NCBI GenBank assembly: GCA_963771435.1
Contig: CAVYTF010000018.1
Location: forward strand, 88,217 to 152,216
From: an uncultured Bacteroidota bacterium
Lineage (GTDB): Bacteria; Bacteroidota; Bacteroidia; Chitinophagales; Chitinophagaceae
Direction of reading: 5' to 3'
Length of the DNA: 64,000 nucleotides
Below are positions 18,501-28,302 of this stretch, piece after piece. The translations under genes were made by a program, and so were the position numbers. The notes under the pieces were generated by a model, which was not told the DNA's origin, did not search any database, and worked only from the letters and a program-made list of their open reading frames with translations. Each line of letters begins with the position of its first letter. Position 1 is the stretch's first letter.

Positions 18501-18880
18501 GATCGTGTAACTACGAAAGATGATCGATCATGTTTGAAGGATGATCGTGAATGTTTGAAGGATGATCGTGAATGTTTTAAGGATGATCGTGAATGTTTGA
18601 AGGGTTATCGTGAATGATTGAAGGATGATCGTGAAAGTATGAAGGTTTAATATTAAAGTATGAAGGTTTAATATTAAAGTATGAAGGATCAATATTAAAG
18701 TATGAAGGTTTAATATTAAAGTATGAAGGTTTAATATTAAAGTATGAAGGTTTAATATTAAAGTATGAAGGTTTAATATTAAAGTATGAAGGTTTAATAT
18801 TAAAGTATGAAGGATCAATATTAAAGTATGAAGGTTTAATATTAAAGTATGAAGGATTAATATTAAAGTATGAAGGATTT
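18501..18880. repeat. 21-bp tandem array (two core families in one continuous register)
   Basis: GATGATCGTGAATGTTTGAAG occurs about 7 times, then GTATGAAGGTTTAATATTAAA about 11 times. GAAGG recurs at 18536 + 21n for n = 0-16. Confidence 0.95.
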
Positions 18881-18923
18881 GCGCAAGGATTAGAAAGATA
18901 AAGGTCAATTTATATTGGCCTTA

Positions 18924-19370
18924 TCAAAAGATAAGGAGGAATTTTTCCTTAGGCGGCTGAAAGTTTATTTTCCCCCATTCCATTGCCAAAATTTCCAGGA
19001 TCACTTTTTTAAGTTTAGCGAACGACCCCGGTTTTGAAACATAGTAGGTTGCCCCCTGTTCATAAGTTTTGTTCACCGTTTCCTGCTGCGCCGAAGTAGA
19101 AAAAATAACGATCGGAATATTTTTAAACTTTTTTGTTCGCTTTATTTCTTCCAGGCACTCGAAACCATTTTTGAGGGGCATGTTAAGGTCTAAGAAAATA
19201 ACATCAGGCGGGGGCATGCTTCCTTTCAGCTTATCCATTAATTGAATGCCATCGTTGGCCATGGTCAGCGTTACATCATCATTTACTTCCTTCAGTGCGT
19301 CCTGGAATAAAAGGCGATCGTCAAGGTCGTCATCAGCAAGAAATATCGTTCTTCGTTCAAGGTTTTTCAT
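18924..19370 (-). CDS. Single-domain response regulator (CheY-like receiver)
   Basis: 148 aa with the DDDLDD acidic pocket, the phospho-acceptor context VIFLDLNMP and a conserved K in YYVSKP. Confidence 0.85.
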   Translation of the reverse strand: MKNLERRTIFLADDDLDDRLLFQDALKEVNDDVTLTMANDGIQLMDKLKGSMPPPDVIFLDLNMPLKNGFECLEEIKRTKKFKNIPIVIFSTSAQQETVNKTYEQGATYYVSKPGSFAKLKKVILEILAMEWGKINFQPPKEKFLLIF

Positions 19371-19600
19371 TAAACGAAACTACACCTTTTTTTTTCTTCC
19401 ATCCTGCTTTTGCTCCCCCTCTTTACCGATTATTTCTAACGTTTCATATTATTTTTTCACGGTTTTAAGAATGTTTGGTATCAGAATCAAAACTAACCAC
19501 GCCAAACCGGCGGAATAAGTGGTTTAATTATAAAAATATATTGCTTAATAAAGATCGGTCATTGGTTAGCAGGCAAAAGATCATCTGCCTTATTCTGTAG

Positions 19601-19672
19601 TGGTCCCGACGAGAATCGAACTCATATCTAAAGTTTAGGAAACTCCTATTCTATCCATTGAACTACGGGACC
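19601..19672 (-). tRNA. tRNA-Arg (anticodon CCT)
   Basis: The reverse complement, folded by hand, gives a cloverleaf. Acceptor stem GGTCCCG/CGGGACC, anticodon loop TTCCTAA, T-arm ATGAG-TTCGATT-CTCGT. Confidence 0.85.
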
Positions 19673-19751
19673 GGTTGCCGTAAAAGCGTTGCAAAAATAA
19701 TAGTTTCGCATTTATAGCCTTAACTTTATTGCCTTTTAAATTATATATGCC

Positions 19752-20204
19752 ATGAGAAAGAAGTTATCCGTGATCATTATTGTATCGATCTTCACCTGTA
19801 TTTTTCATCGTTCATACGCACAACAGATCCACTTCAACCATACTACTGTTTATGTTGTAGACCTTGGCAAAAGCACTGCTTTCTACAACAAAGTAATGGA
19901 GCTTGACACTATTCCTGAGCCTTTTCATGATGGCAGGCATACATGGTTTAAAATAGGGCCTCACGCAGAGCTTCACGTAGTATCCGGTGCTGCTGCTGTT
20001 TCACCCCACGATATTAATATTCATCTTGCTTTCAGCGTTTCTTCCCTTCCTGATTTCATGAAGCGTTTGGATGCAATGCATGTCTCCTATGGCAACTGGA
20101 AACAAGATAGCAAAACACCTCAACTACGCCCCGACAAAATAGAGCAGATCTATTTCCAGGATCCGGACGGCTATTGGATTGAAGTGAACAACGATAAGTT
20201 TTAA
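19752..20204 (+). CDS. VOC (glyoxalase/bleomycin-resistance) family protein with signal peptide
   Basis: 150 aa. Contains HTTVYVVDLGKSTAFY and the C-terminal YFQDPDGYWIEV, both characteristic of the VOC fold. Confidence 0.75.
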   Translation: MRKKLSVIIIVSIFTCIFHRSYAQQIHFNHTTVYVVDLGKSTAFYNKVMELDTIPEPFHDGRHTWFKIGPHAELHVVSGAAAVSPHDINIHLAFSVSSLPDFMKRLDAMHVSYGNWKQDSKTPQLRPDKIEQIYFQDPDGYWIEVNNDKF

Positions 20205-20264
20205 GGCTTTGACCTAACTATCGCAACGATCCCCGCTTATCTTTGCGCCTCTCAAAAAACAATT

Positions 20265-20915
20265 ATGAAGTTTTACAGTATCATTATTAAATATCGCTTT
20301 TGGCTTAGCCTGTTTTCACTTGCACTGGCCATTCTTGTAAATATTACTTCTGGTTTTTGGCCATCCTTCGTTTTATATTTTATCGCATTAATTGGTTTAT
20401 TCAGTCATTTTTTTATTGGGCCGTTGCGTTTGGTGCAGGAGCCAATGGAACAGGGAAATGTGGAAGAAGTACAGAAAATACTTGACTCTATATGGTTTCC
20501 TAGCCTGTTGTATAAGCCCATTCGCTCCACTTACTATACGCTGAAAGGGAATATGGCAATGATGAACCAGGATTATGATACCGCAGAGAAGCACTTGAAA
20601 AAAAGCTCCGCTCTTGGAGCTGCAATGCCTGAGGCGGAAGGCGCTAACAAACTACAGCTGGGCATGATGGCTTTGCAAAAGGGGGATTTTAAAAACGGGG
20701 AAAGCTACATTCGTGCAGCTATCCGCGCCGGCATTGCTGATAAAGAAAGTGAGGCGGTCGCCTACCTGAGCATGTGCCAGATATTCATGAACAAGAGGGA
20801 ATTTCGCGCTGCAAAAGATTTTTTTCGCAAGGCAAAAGCCTGTAAACCTACTACCAAACAGGTGCTTGAGCAGATCAAAGAAATAGAAAAATATATTTCA
20901 AGGGTTCCGGGATAG
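20265..20915 (+). CDS. Membrane-anchored TPR-like protein
   Basis: 216 aa with two N-terminal TM segments, then TPR-like helices (DYDTAEKHLKKS..., GDFKNGESYIRAAI, EFRAAKDFFRKA). Confidence 0.55.
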   Translation: MKFYSIIIKYRFWLSLFSLALAILVNITSGFWPSFVLYFIALIGLFSHFFIGPLRLVQEPMEQGNVEEVQKILDSIWFPSLLYKPIRSTYYTLKGNMAMMNQDYDTAEKHLKKSSALGAAMPEAEGANKLQLGMMALQKGDFKNGESYIRAAIRAGIADKESEAVAYLSMCQIFMNKREFRAAKDFFRKAKACKPTTKQVLEQIKEIEKYISRVPG

Positions 20916-20985
20916 CATTAGTAAAGATATATTGATTTATATGCCAATAAAAGTGTTGGTATATGGACCGATGCTTAAAAAGAAA

Positions 20986-21007
20986 GGCCCCTGTAGAAAC
21001 AGGGGCC
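20986..21007. terminator. Hairpin, possible terminator
   Basis: GGCCCCTG-tagaaa-CAGGGGCC. The T-rich tract is on the minus-strand side only. Confidence 0.45.
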
Positions 21008-21212
21008 GTTAACCAAAACTAACTGCTTATGAGAAAATTGACTATTTTTAATATTCAGTGTGTAATTAGAATTACAAACTAAATGCCAAAGATTTTTTTA
21101 AAAAGGTTAATGTTCCAAGACTAACAAGATATTCACTTCAAGCTGCATACTTACTATTAAACGTAAAATTAGAAAGAAGGTTTACTAAAAAAAAGTTAAG
21201 CTAATAAATTAA

Positions 21213-21974
21213 TTACAACTTTACTAGGTAGCTAAGTGTAACGGTCGCTGCACCTGTATTGTTTTTGCCGTCTTCAGAATATTTTTGTATATTCAGGAAA
21301 CCATAATTACCCCCTGCTGTTAACTCGAATTTACCTGTTTTCGTCGCTAATGCTAGGCCCAAGCCTCCTTGTACCCCCACATTAAATTTATGTATCTGGC
21401 TTGTTATATCTACTGTCGTATCAAAATTGGTCGGTTCAGGTAAAGGCAATTGCTCCATTTCTGCAGCGTCTGCATACAATGGGCTTGAACCGCTCGTTAC
21501 TTGCTTTGCATTTAAGAGATAACCTGCATAGGGACCTGCTCCCACAAAAAATGACCACGTTTTATTTAAAGGAAAATTAAAATCGACTATCACAGGCAGT
21601 TCCAGGTAATTTAATTTGGCTACACTGTTATAGGTGGCGTAAAGATAATCAGGTACAGGCTCCCCAACAGCTTCAAAATACTGAGCAAAATTACTTCCCG
21701 GTATTGCCTGAACTCCATCCTTTTTGCCTCCCTGGGATGCATAATTCAATTCTACATGCAACGAGATAAGATGCGAACATTTCTTCTCTGCTACCACTCC
21801 AAAATAAGGCGCCTCGCGGGAAGAATACCCACTACTTACAGGATTGCTTGTGCCCGAGCTTAGGTTGGGAATGCTTAGCCCCCCTTTAACTCCCAAATAG
21901 AATTGTGAAAAGGAAGGTGTTGAAGCTAAGACCAAAAAAACAGCGACAAATAAGAGGTTAAAATTTGTTTTCAT
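21213..21974 (-). CDS. Outer-membrane beta-barrel (porin-family/OmpW-like) protein
   Basis: Start taken at MKTNFNLLFVAVFLVLASTPSFSQ (signal peptide). It has an alternating beta-strand pattern and ends ...TLSYLVKL. Confidence 0.7.
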   Translation of the reverse strand: MKTNFNLLFVAVFLVLASTPSFSQFYLGVKGGLSIPNLSSGTSNPVSSGYSSREAPYFGVVAEKKCSHLISLHVELNYASQGGKKDGVQAIPGSNFAQYFEAVGEPVPDYLYATYNSVAKLNYLELPVIVDFNFPLNKTWSFFVGAGPYAGYLLNAKQVTSGSSPLYADAAEMEQLPLPEPTNFDTTVDITSQIHKFNVGVQGGLGLALATKTGKFELTAGGNYGFLNIQKYSEDGKNNTGAATVTLSYLVKL

Positions 21975-22138
21975 TTTGATTAATTTAAAAGTGAAAATAC
22001 GAAATAAACAGATAAACAATATTGTTAGAAGCAAAGTTTTGAATCAAATATATAAACAGTGATTTACACGCTATTTGCAAATAAACTAAAAAGCCATTTC
22101 TCCAACAAGAAATGGCAAACTTTTTTGATGAAATTATT

Positions 22139-22948
22139 CTACACACCACCCATTACATACATGGCAGTAAGTGTGGGTGTAGGGCTACCTCCTTTCTTTT
22201 CCAGCGTAATAGCAAATGCTTGTGCAGAAGGTATATTTTTCATTTTGCATAAGCCGGTGCAGTTGTCAATAACTCCTGCGTCAATCGGTTTGCCATTAAC
22301 AATTGCCCAAAGCTGGTATTGTTTATCGTTTGCCGCTTGTGGCAAACTGTTTTGAAGTAGGTATACATCCTTTGTTTTTGTATCCCAGTAAATGGTAGCA
22401 AGATCCTCAGGGCTTTTTAACCCTTTCATTTTCACTACTTTCATCAGGGTGTCAGACATCATTAGCATACTCTGGCTCAACTCGTTTGCCTTTGTCTGAA
22501 AAAGATCATTGCTTGCCTGCAAAGTATTTTTCTCTAACAGCAATGCGTCATACTTATCATTAGTGGTGGTATAATTGGTATAATAATAATAATTCATGCC
22601 CGCACTAACTATAAATAAAACAATAGCCGCTGCTGCAATAAACTGCCATCTTTTTATAGAAGCTGAAGCATAATTTTCATTTGAAGGCATAGGAACAACA
22701 ATCGCGTTTTTTTCCTCTTCAAACTCATCTTCTAGAGCCATCATTAATTTCCCCTTAATTTCAGCAGGAGGCGTTACAGCATTTTCAAAAGCAGTTCTTT
22801 CCAGCGATTCAGCAAAATCATCTACTGCCTTTTTTATTTCAGCATATTGGTTACAAAGCAACTCTACTTCAGCAGCTTCTTCAACACTGCTCAAGCCCAG
22901 CACGTAGCTTTCTATGATCCCGCTTTCTATGTATGCTTTTGTATCCAC
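22139..22948 (-). CDS. Anti-sigma factor (RskA-like C-terminal domain)
   Basis: 269 aa. N-terminal anti-sigma helices, a single TM (WQFIAAAAIVLFIVSAGMNYYY) and the C-terminal KQYQLWAIVNGKPIDAGV motif of the RskA family. It lies immediately downstream of the ECF sigma gene. Confidence 0.75.
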   Translation of the reverse strand: MDTKAYIESGIIESYVLGLSSVEEAAEVELLCNQYAEIKKAVDDFAESLERTAFENAVTPPAEIKGKLMMALEDEFEEEKNAIVVPMPSNENYASASIKRWQFIAAAAIVLFIVSAGMNYYYYTNYTTTNDKYDALLLEKNTLQASNDLFQTKANELSQSMLMMSDTLMKVVKMKGLKSPEDLATIYWDTKTKDVYLLQNSLPQAANDKQYQLWAIVNGKPIDAGVIDNCTGLCKMKNIPSAQAFAITLEKKGGSPTPTLTAMYVMGGV

Positions 22949-22952
22949 TTTT

Positions 22953-23519
22953 TTATTTCACTATTTCACGTAATTTAATAAGAGCCGCACGCAGTCTCGT
23001 TTTTACTGTTCCTAAAGGAATATTAAGCATGTTTGAAACTTCTTCCTGTGTGTAGCCCTCAAAATAAGAAAGCTCTATTAAAACTTTATATTCTTCTTTC
23101 AGCAGGTTGACAATTTTTCTTAATCCTATTTTATCAATATTTATATTTGTGCTTTCTCCTGCTTCATATACGGCTTCCGTTAACTCTCGGTTTTTCTGGC
23201 TTTGCTGATAATTTTTACTGCGTAATAGATCAATTGACGAATTTCTGGCAATATTCATCATCCACGTAAATAATTTCCCCTTAGTACTGTCATAGCTTTC
23301 CATCTGCCTCCAAATTTTTACAAATACTTCCTGCAACACATCATCAGCCATATCTTTATCAGGAACGATAGATAATATAACAGTGTATAACGAGCCTGAA
23401 TAATTATCGTACAAATAGCCAAACGCGCTTTGCTGCTTTTGTTTCAGCAAAACTATTAGTTCAGATTCAGAGAGTTTTATTATCTCAGGCAAAATAGCAA
23501 CGCGTTTAAGGGAGATCAA
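22953..23519 (-). CDS. ECF-type RNA polymerase sigma factor (sigma-70 family)
   Basis: 188 aa with region 2 ([13 protein letters not shown]) and region 4 ([25 protein letters not shown]). Confidence 0.85.
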   Translation of the reverse strand: MISLKRVAILPEIIKLSESELIVLLKQKQQSAFGYLYDNYSGSLYTVILSIVPDKDMADDVLQEVFVKIWRQMESYDSTKGKLFTWMMNIARNSSIDLLRSKNYQQSQKNRELTEAVYEAGESTNINIDKIGLRKIVNLLKEEYKVLIELSYFEGYTQEEVSNMLNIPLGTVKTRLRAALIKLREIVK

Positions 23520-23896
23520 CCTACAAGTTTCTCATAATCTGCTGCACTAAGCAAGGCCTCAATATCCGCAGGGTCATTTAGTTTTATTTTCACCATCCAC
23601 CCCTCGCCATAGGCATCAGTATTTACAAGTTCCGGCTTATTTTCCAATATGGCGTTTATTTCTAAAACCGTCCCCGCCACCGGCATAAACAGGTCGCTAA
23701 CGGTTTTCACAGCCTCCACAGTGCCAAAAACCTCTGCAACATTCAGGCTTTTGCCAACTGTTGTAACATCTATATATACAATATCCCCAAGTTCACCCTG
23801 TGCAAAATCCGTAATGCCCACCAATGCAATATCCCCTTCTGTAAGCTTCACCCATTCATGGTCTTTTGTGTACTTAAGCTCGTTCGGAAGATTCAT
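23516..23896 (-). CDS. gcvH: Glycine cleavage system protein H
   Basis: 126 aa. Contains YTKDHEWV and the lipoyl-lysine motif VEAVKTVSD. Confidence 0.9.
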   Translation of the reverse strand: MNLPNELKYTKDHEWVKLTEGDIALVGITDFAQGELGDIVYIDVTTVGKSLNVAEVFGTVEAVKTVSDLFMPVAGTVLEINAILENKPELVNTDAYGEGWMVKIKLNDPADIEALLSAADYEKLVG

Positions 23897-24040
23897 AATT
23901 TCTTTTTTATGCTACAAATATATGTATGAAATAATAAGAAAAGGCTCCTAAAACATTCACAACTCACCACGCACCTCCTCACCGTTCACTCCTAACATCT
24001 CTCCATTCTCAATTCTCCATTCTCAATTGACCCTCACTCC

Positions 24041-24763
24041 TCACCATTGACCCTCCCACACCCTCATCTTCATCATTACGTTTCCCAAGGGCCTGTCATG
24101 GCTGTCTCTCGGCAGCTTTGCAATTTTATCAACCACGTCCATCCCTTTTATCACTTCCCCAAATACCGTATAATTCTGGTCAAGGAACGGCGCCCCCCCA
24201 ATTGTTTTATAAGCTTTTCGTTGTGCATCAGTATAAGTAAATGAAGGGTTCGATTGTCTTGCCTGGCATTCCACACCATTTAGCTGTATATCAGTAAACT
24301 GTTTTCCTTGCACAATATAAAACTGGCAGTTACTGCTCGCTTTTTCAGGATTATCGTCCCTCGCCATCGCCAACGCGCCTCTTTTGTGAAACAAAAAAGG
24401 CTTAAATTCAGCGGGTATCTTCTCCCCGCCGGGAATTTCCCCATTGCCCAATTGCACAGAATCCAATGGCGCGTTCTTGCTCGTAGGGTCGCCTCCCTGT
24501 ATCATAAATCCGTCTATCACACGGTGGAACAAAAGGCTATCATAAAACTTCTCTTTCACCAGCTTAATAAAATTATCCCTGTGCAGCGGGGTTGAGTCAT
24601 ATAGCTTTATCACTATATTCCCATAGCTGGTCATAATTTCCACCAACGGCGTTTTAGCGGCAACAGTTTTTTTAGCGGCAATAGGTTTTCCAACAGTTTT
24701 TGTTTGTGCGCCTGCACATAATGCCAGGCAAACGCAAGCAGCAGCAATGATCAGTCTTTTCAT
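24041..24763 (-). CDS. Cyclophilin-type peptidyl-prolyl cis-trans isomerase, secreted
   Basis: 240 aa with a signal peptide. Contains the cyclophilin signature FHRVIDGFMIQGGDP and VFGEV. Confidence 0.9.
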   Translation of the reverse strand: MKRLIIAAACVCLALCAGAQTKTVGKPIAAKKTVAAKTPLVEIMTSYGNIVIKLYDSTPLHRDNFIKLVKEKFYDSLLFHRVIDGFMIQGGDPTSKNAPLDSVQLGNGEIPGGEKIPAEFKPFLFHKRGALAMARDDNPEKASSNCQFYIVQGKQFTDIQLNGVECQARQSNPSFTYTDAQRKAYKTIGGAPFLDQNYTVFGEVIKGMDVVDKIAKLPRDSHDRPLGNVMMKMRVWEGQW

Positions 24764-24777
24764 TTTGCAATAATAAT

Positions 24778-25164
24778 TTAAAATCCTTGTTCCCCGAAGT
24801 AAAGCAAAATATGATCTTTCAAAAAGTTTTCCTGTTCTATAAGTGGCAATGCAGGCAGTTCCTTAAGTTGCTCAAAATGAGGCCAGCCCTCCGCGTCTTT
24901 TTCGCGTAGCTCATAATAACCGCTCGGGCTCAAAACGGTGCATATTGCCACATGCATTAGGTCCTGTTTCTGTTCTTTGGTAATTTTCTCTTGTATAAAA
25001 CCCGTTTCCTGCAGGCCAATTAAAAACAAAACAGCCTCCATGTCAGGTTTCTTCCCAAACCGTTCCAACAACCCTGCCTCCAACCGCCACCACCTCTGCT
25101 GAAGATCATCATTAACAAACATAGCGCGAAGATAAAACACCATCAACAGATAATGATCAACCAC
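24778..25164 (-). CDS. Hypothetical protein
   Basis: 128-aa ORF. The true start may be the internal MFVNDD. I recognise no family. Confidence 0.45.
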   Translation of the reverse strand: MVDHYLLMVFYLRAMFVNDDLQQRWWRLEAGLLERFGKKPDMEAVLFLIGLQETGFIQEKITKEQKQDLMHVAICTVLSPSGYYELREKDAEGWPHFEQLKELPALPLIEQENFLKDHILLYFGEQGF

Positions 25165-25604
25165 AAACTAATTTGGAGCTGTCATCTGTTAATAAGCATC
25201 TATCAGCTTCCGTTCCAAATGTGGCACATTGCCTTCAACAAAACCTTCATCGGTCTTACTCCTGCCATCCGGCAGCCTTTAGCAACAGAACATTATTCAG
25301 CATCACTTAAACCCGCCTCCAGGTCTGCAACTCATTCCATTCGGCAGTACTACCTGGTAACATAACCTACACGAACCAACAACTTGAATAATAGTCCTTA
25401 TTCGCTAACTGTTAAATGTTAAACTGAACTAAAAGAATAGATCAATGATGTAAAAAAGCAAAGCCATACCAAACGCATTACAACCTAATGTGGTAACCCT
25501 CATTTTGCCACTAACAACCAGACAAGGTCAATGTGATTAGGAAAGTAGTAAGCATCCCCTCTTCTCCGAGTCCTTTCTTTTTTGCAGAAAGGGTGGGGGT
25601 AGGT

Positions 25605-28193
25605 TTACCTCGCCAGCACCATCTTCTTCGTATCGATCAGCTTCCCGTCAATCAATAAACTATATTGATACATACCCGCAGCCATTTCACCCCCGCTGAT
25701 AACCTGTTTCCCATACCCGCTATTGGCAAGCGTAAACGTTTTTAATGTATGCCCTGAAATATCTGTTATCATAAGCGCTGCATTATGAAAATCCTGTGGA
25801 ATATAGTAGCTTATATAAGAACTGCCGTTAAATGGGTTAGGTACATTCTGGTCAAGCCTTGGTTGGTCTGTAATAGTTGTCATTTGCTGGCTGCTTATTG
25901 TTCGTTGCATGTTTGATGTAAAGCTATTGCAGCATTGGCTCATGGCTGACTGCATCTGTGTAATGGTGTTTTTTAGATCACTCATTTGTTGCTGCAATGC
26001 AGTAACAGTGTTTTGCAATGGTTCCACAATATTTTTCAAAGAATCGTTCTCTACGGATAATTCCTGCACTGCTTTTACCAGCGGCACTACAAATTCACTG
26101 TAACGCAGGCTATACAGATCCTGCTCATTCTGTGGCTTTACCACACCGCTGAAATCGTAGTTGATCTTTTCTGCTGCATTTTCTACATCCTGGGCAAGAA
26201 AGCCCGTCATCTGCTTTTTTTCAAGGTCATATTTACCCGGAAAATCTACGTCAGCATTCTTCCCGTTGACTGTTTTACCTGCATACATCATTTGATCTTC
26301 TTTGTGTATATCAAGCTTATAGGTCACCGGCCTCAGCAGGTTAATAAAAGCAAGCCCCGGCACATTCTGTTGAATATTATTCTTTATCCGTCGGTCGCTG
26401 TAGGTGCTGAAGTTTACCTCCCCTCTGATAACGGTAACACTTCCATCGCCGATCTCCACCATATTACTTGAACTTGCACTCGAACCAACATCATACCCAA
26501 GCCCGGTCCAATTAGTTAATGTGGCAGTAGTTGGGTAAGCACGGAATCCAATACCGGTATTATAGTTTCCTGTTGTGTTGGTGGAAAGAGCATTTGCTCC
26601 AATAGCCGTATTATTTCCCCCCGTAGTGTTACTGATCATCGCTTGGTAACCGTCCACAGTATTATCGGCACCTGACGTATTTAAATAAAGAGTTTTACTG
26701 CCAATAGCTGTATTTGCTATTCCTGAATTATTACTATACAAAGCGGAATCACCAACGGCAACCTGGTTGCTGATTGTAAGGCTATTAAATAAAGTTTGTA
26801 CTCCGATCGCCACATTACTATAACCCGTGGTATTGTTGTATAATGAATTGAATCCGCTTGCAGTATTAGTATTTCCCGTAGTGTTTTCGTCGAGAGACCC
26901 ACTGCCATCAGCACTATTGTACATTCCTGTGGTATTATAGGAAAGGGCATCTTCTCCGTTTGCAGTATTATAGCTACCGGTAGTGTTGTTATATAGCGCT
27001 GCAAGTCCATTTGCAGTGTTATTATTCCCCGTGGTGTTATAATAAAGAGCTTCTCCCCCGTTTGCAGTATTGTAACTTCCCGTATTGTTGTTTATAAGGG
27101 CATCTTCTCCATTTGCCGTATTATAACTTCCTGTTGTATTAACAAATAGCGCAGATTCCCCATTTGCTGTATTATAATTTCCTGTAGTGTTGAAAAATAG
27201 CGCAGACTCCCCATTTGCCGTATTATCAATTCCTGTAGAGTTTTCATAAAGGGCACCAAAGCCAGTAGCAGTATTATCATCTCCTGTTGTATTGTAATAA
27301 AGACCTTGATAACCATTTGCAGTATTTTCACTTCCGGTAGTGTTTGAATAAAGCGCCTGGTATCCAGTGGCAATATTATAGTTTCCCGCAGTGTTTGAAT
27401 AAAGCGCCTGGTAACCATTGGCGCTGTTATAAACTCCGATTGTGTTTGAATAAAGAGACTGGTAACCTATAGCCACATTGTACGCTCCAGTTATATTTAA
27501 ATATAATGATTGATAACCATCAGCCGTATTCTGGCCTCCGGTAGTGTTTGAATGAAGTGCATTATATCCATTGGCCGTATTTTGGCTTCCGGTGGTGTTT
27601 GAATATAGTGCAGAATAACCTGTTGCTTGATTACCTGCACCCGTTGTATTGGAATACAGCGCCTCATACCCTACCGCCGTAAGATTGCTCACAGTGCTGT
27701 TAAAGAGCGTACCATACCCAACAGCAGTATTGTTGCTGCCGCTTACATTCGTATAAAGCGATTGGCCGCCATTTGCAAGGTTATAACTGCCCGTCGTGTT
27801 ATAATTTAGCGTTTGGCGCCCGATCCCGGTATTGTATTGCCCCGTCGTGTTGTATTGCAATGTTGTAGCCCCGTTCGCAACGTTAAACGAACCCGTAAGG
27901 CTAACTCCCCCTAATGCAGCATATCCAAGTGCGGTATTTTCGATTGGCGGATTACTGCCTGAAGCGTTTTGCAGGCATAGGTATCCAATGCCCGTATTAT
28001 AATGGCTGCCCGTATAAGTACCCTCAACAATACCTCCCTTCCTGCCGTCAAGAACAAAATTTAATGGAAATGCATTTGTAGTGCCCAAAACATTTCCGCT
28101 AACAGCTGCATTACCTGCCAGGCTCCAGCTCTGTGCAAATACAGCCTGTGTTATTACTAATAACAAGGCTCCGAAGAATACAATTTTTTTCAT
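25605..28193 (-). CDS. T9SS-sorted fibre protein, paralog 1 (NTANG/NTTG repeats + S74 tail-fibre chaperone domain + T9SS CTD)
   Basis: Start at MKKIVFFGALLLVITQAVFA/QSW; the ORF extension to 28271 runs through the upstream gene's terminator. It has 17-aa repeats, then SDRRIKNNIQQNVPGLAFINLLRPVTYKLD...GFLAQDVENAAE...LVKAVQEL (Peptidase S74 signature), a coiled coil, and the CTD LDQNVPNPFNGSS...YQYSLLIDGKLIDTKKMV. Confidence 0.85.
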   Translation of the reverse strand: MKKIVFFGALLLVITQAVFAQSWSLAGNAAVSGNVLGTTNAFPLNFVLDGRKGGIVEGTYTGSHYNTGIGYLCLQNASGSNPPIENTALGYAALGGVSLTGSFNVANGATTLQYNTTGQYNTGIGRQTLNYNTTGSYNLANGGQSLYTNVSGSNNTAVGYGTLFNSTVSNLTAVGYEALYSNTTGAGNQATGYSALYSNTTGSQNTANGYNALHSNTTGGQNTADGYQSLYLNITGAYNVAIGYQSLYSNTIGVYNSANGYQALYSNTAGNYNIATGYQALYSNTTGSENTANGYQGLYYNTTGDDNTATGFGALYENSTGIDNTANGESALFFNTTGNYNTANGESALFVNTTGSYNTANGEDALINNNTGSYNTANGGEALYYNTTGNNNTANGLAALYNNTTGSYNTANGEDALSYNTTGMYNSADGSGSLDENTTGNTNTASGFNSLYNNTTGYSNVAIGVQTLFNSLTISNQVAVGDSALYSNNSGIANTAIGSKTLYLNTSGADNTVDGYQAMISNTTGGNNTAIGANALSTNTTGNYNTGIGFRAYPTTATLTNWTGLGYDVGSSASSSNMVEIGDGSVTVIRGEVNFSTYSDRRIKNNIQQNVPGLAFINLLRPVTYKLDIHKEDQMMYAGKTVNGKNADVDFPGKYDLEKKQMTGFLAQDVENAAEKINYDFSGVVKPQNEQDLYSLRYSEFVVPLVKAVQELSVENDSLKNIVEPLQNTVTALQQQMSDLKNTITQMQSAMSQCCNSFTSNMQRTISSQQMTTITDQPRLDQNVPNPFNGSSYISYYIPQDFHNAALMITDISGHTLKTFTLANSGYGKQVISGGEMAAGMYQYSLLIDGKLIDTKKMVLAR

Positions 28194-28235
28194 GGCTTTT
28201 AATTTTAAAACAAGGTAAGGGATTTTTATTAACGA

Positions 28236-28268
28236 AATAAAAAAAGCCACTCCTTTCAGAATGGCTTT
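28236..28268 (-). terminator. Rho-independent terminator of paralog 2
   Basis: The minus strand reads AAAGCCA-ttctgaaaggag-TGGCTTT followed by a T-run, immediately after the stop of 28303..30819. Confidence 0.7.
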
Positions 28269-28302
28269 CAATTCTCAATTCTCAATTTTCAATTATAACT
28301 TC

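Noticed and set aside
18528-18908. A 126-aa minus-strand ORF (LILHTLILNLHT...).
   Set aside because: It is generated purely by the 21-bp (7-codon) tandem array. It has no start context and extreme low complexity.
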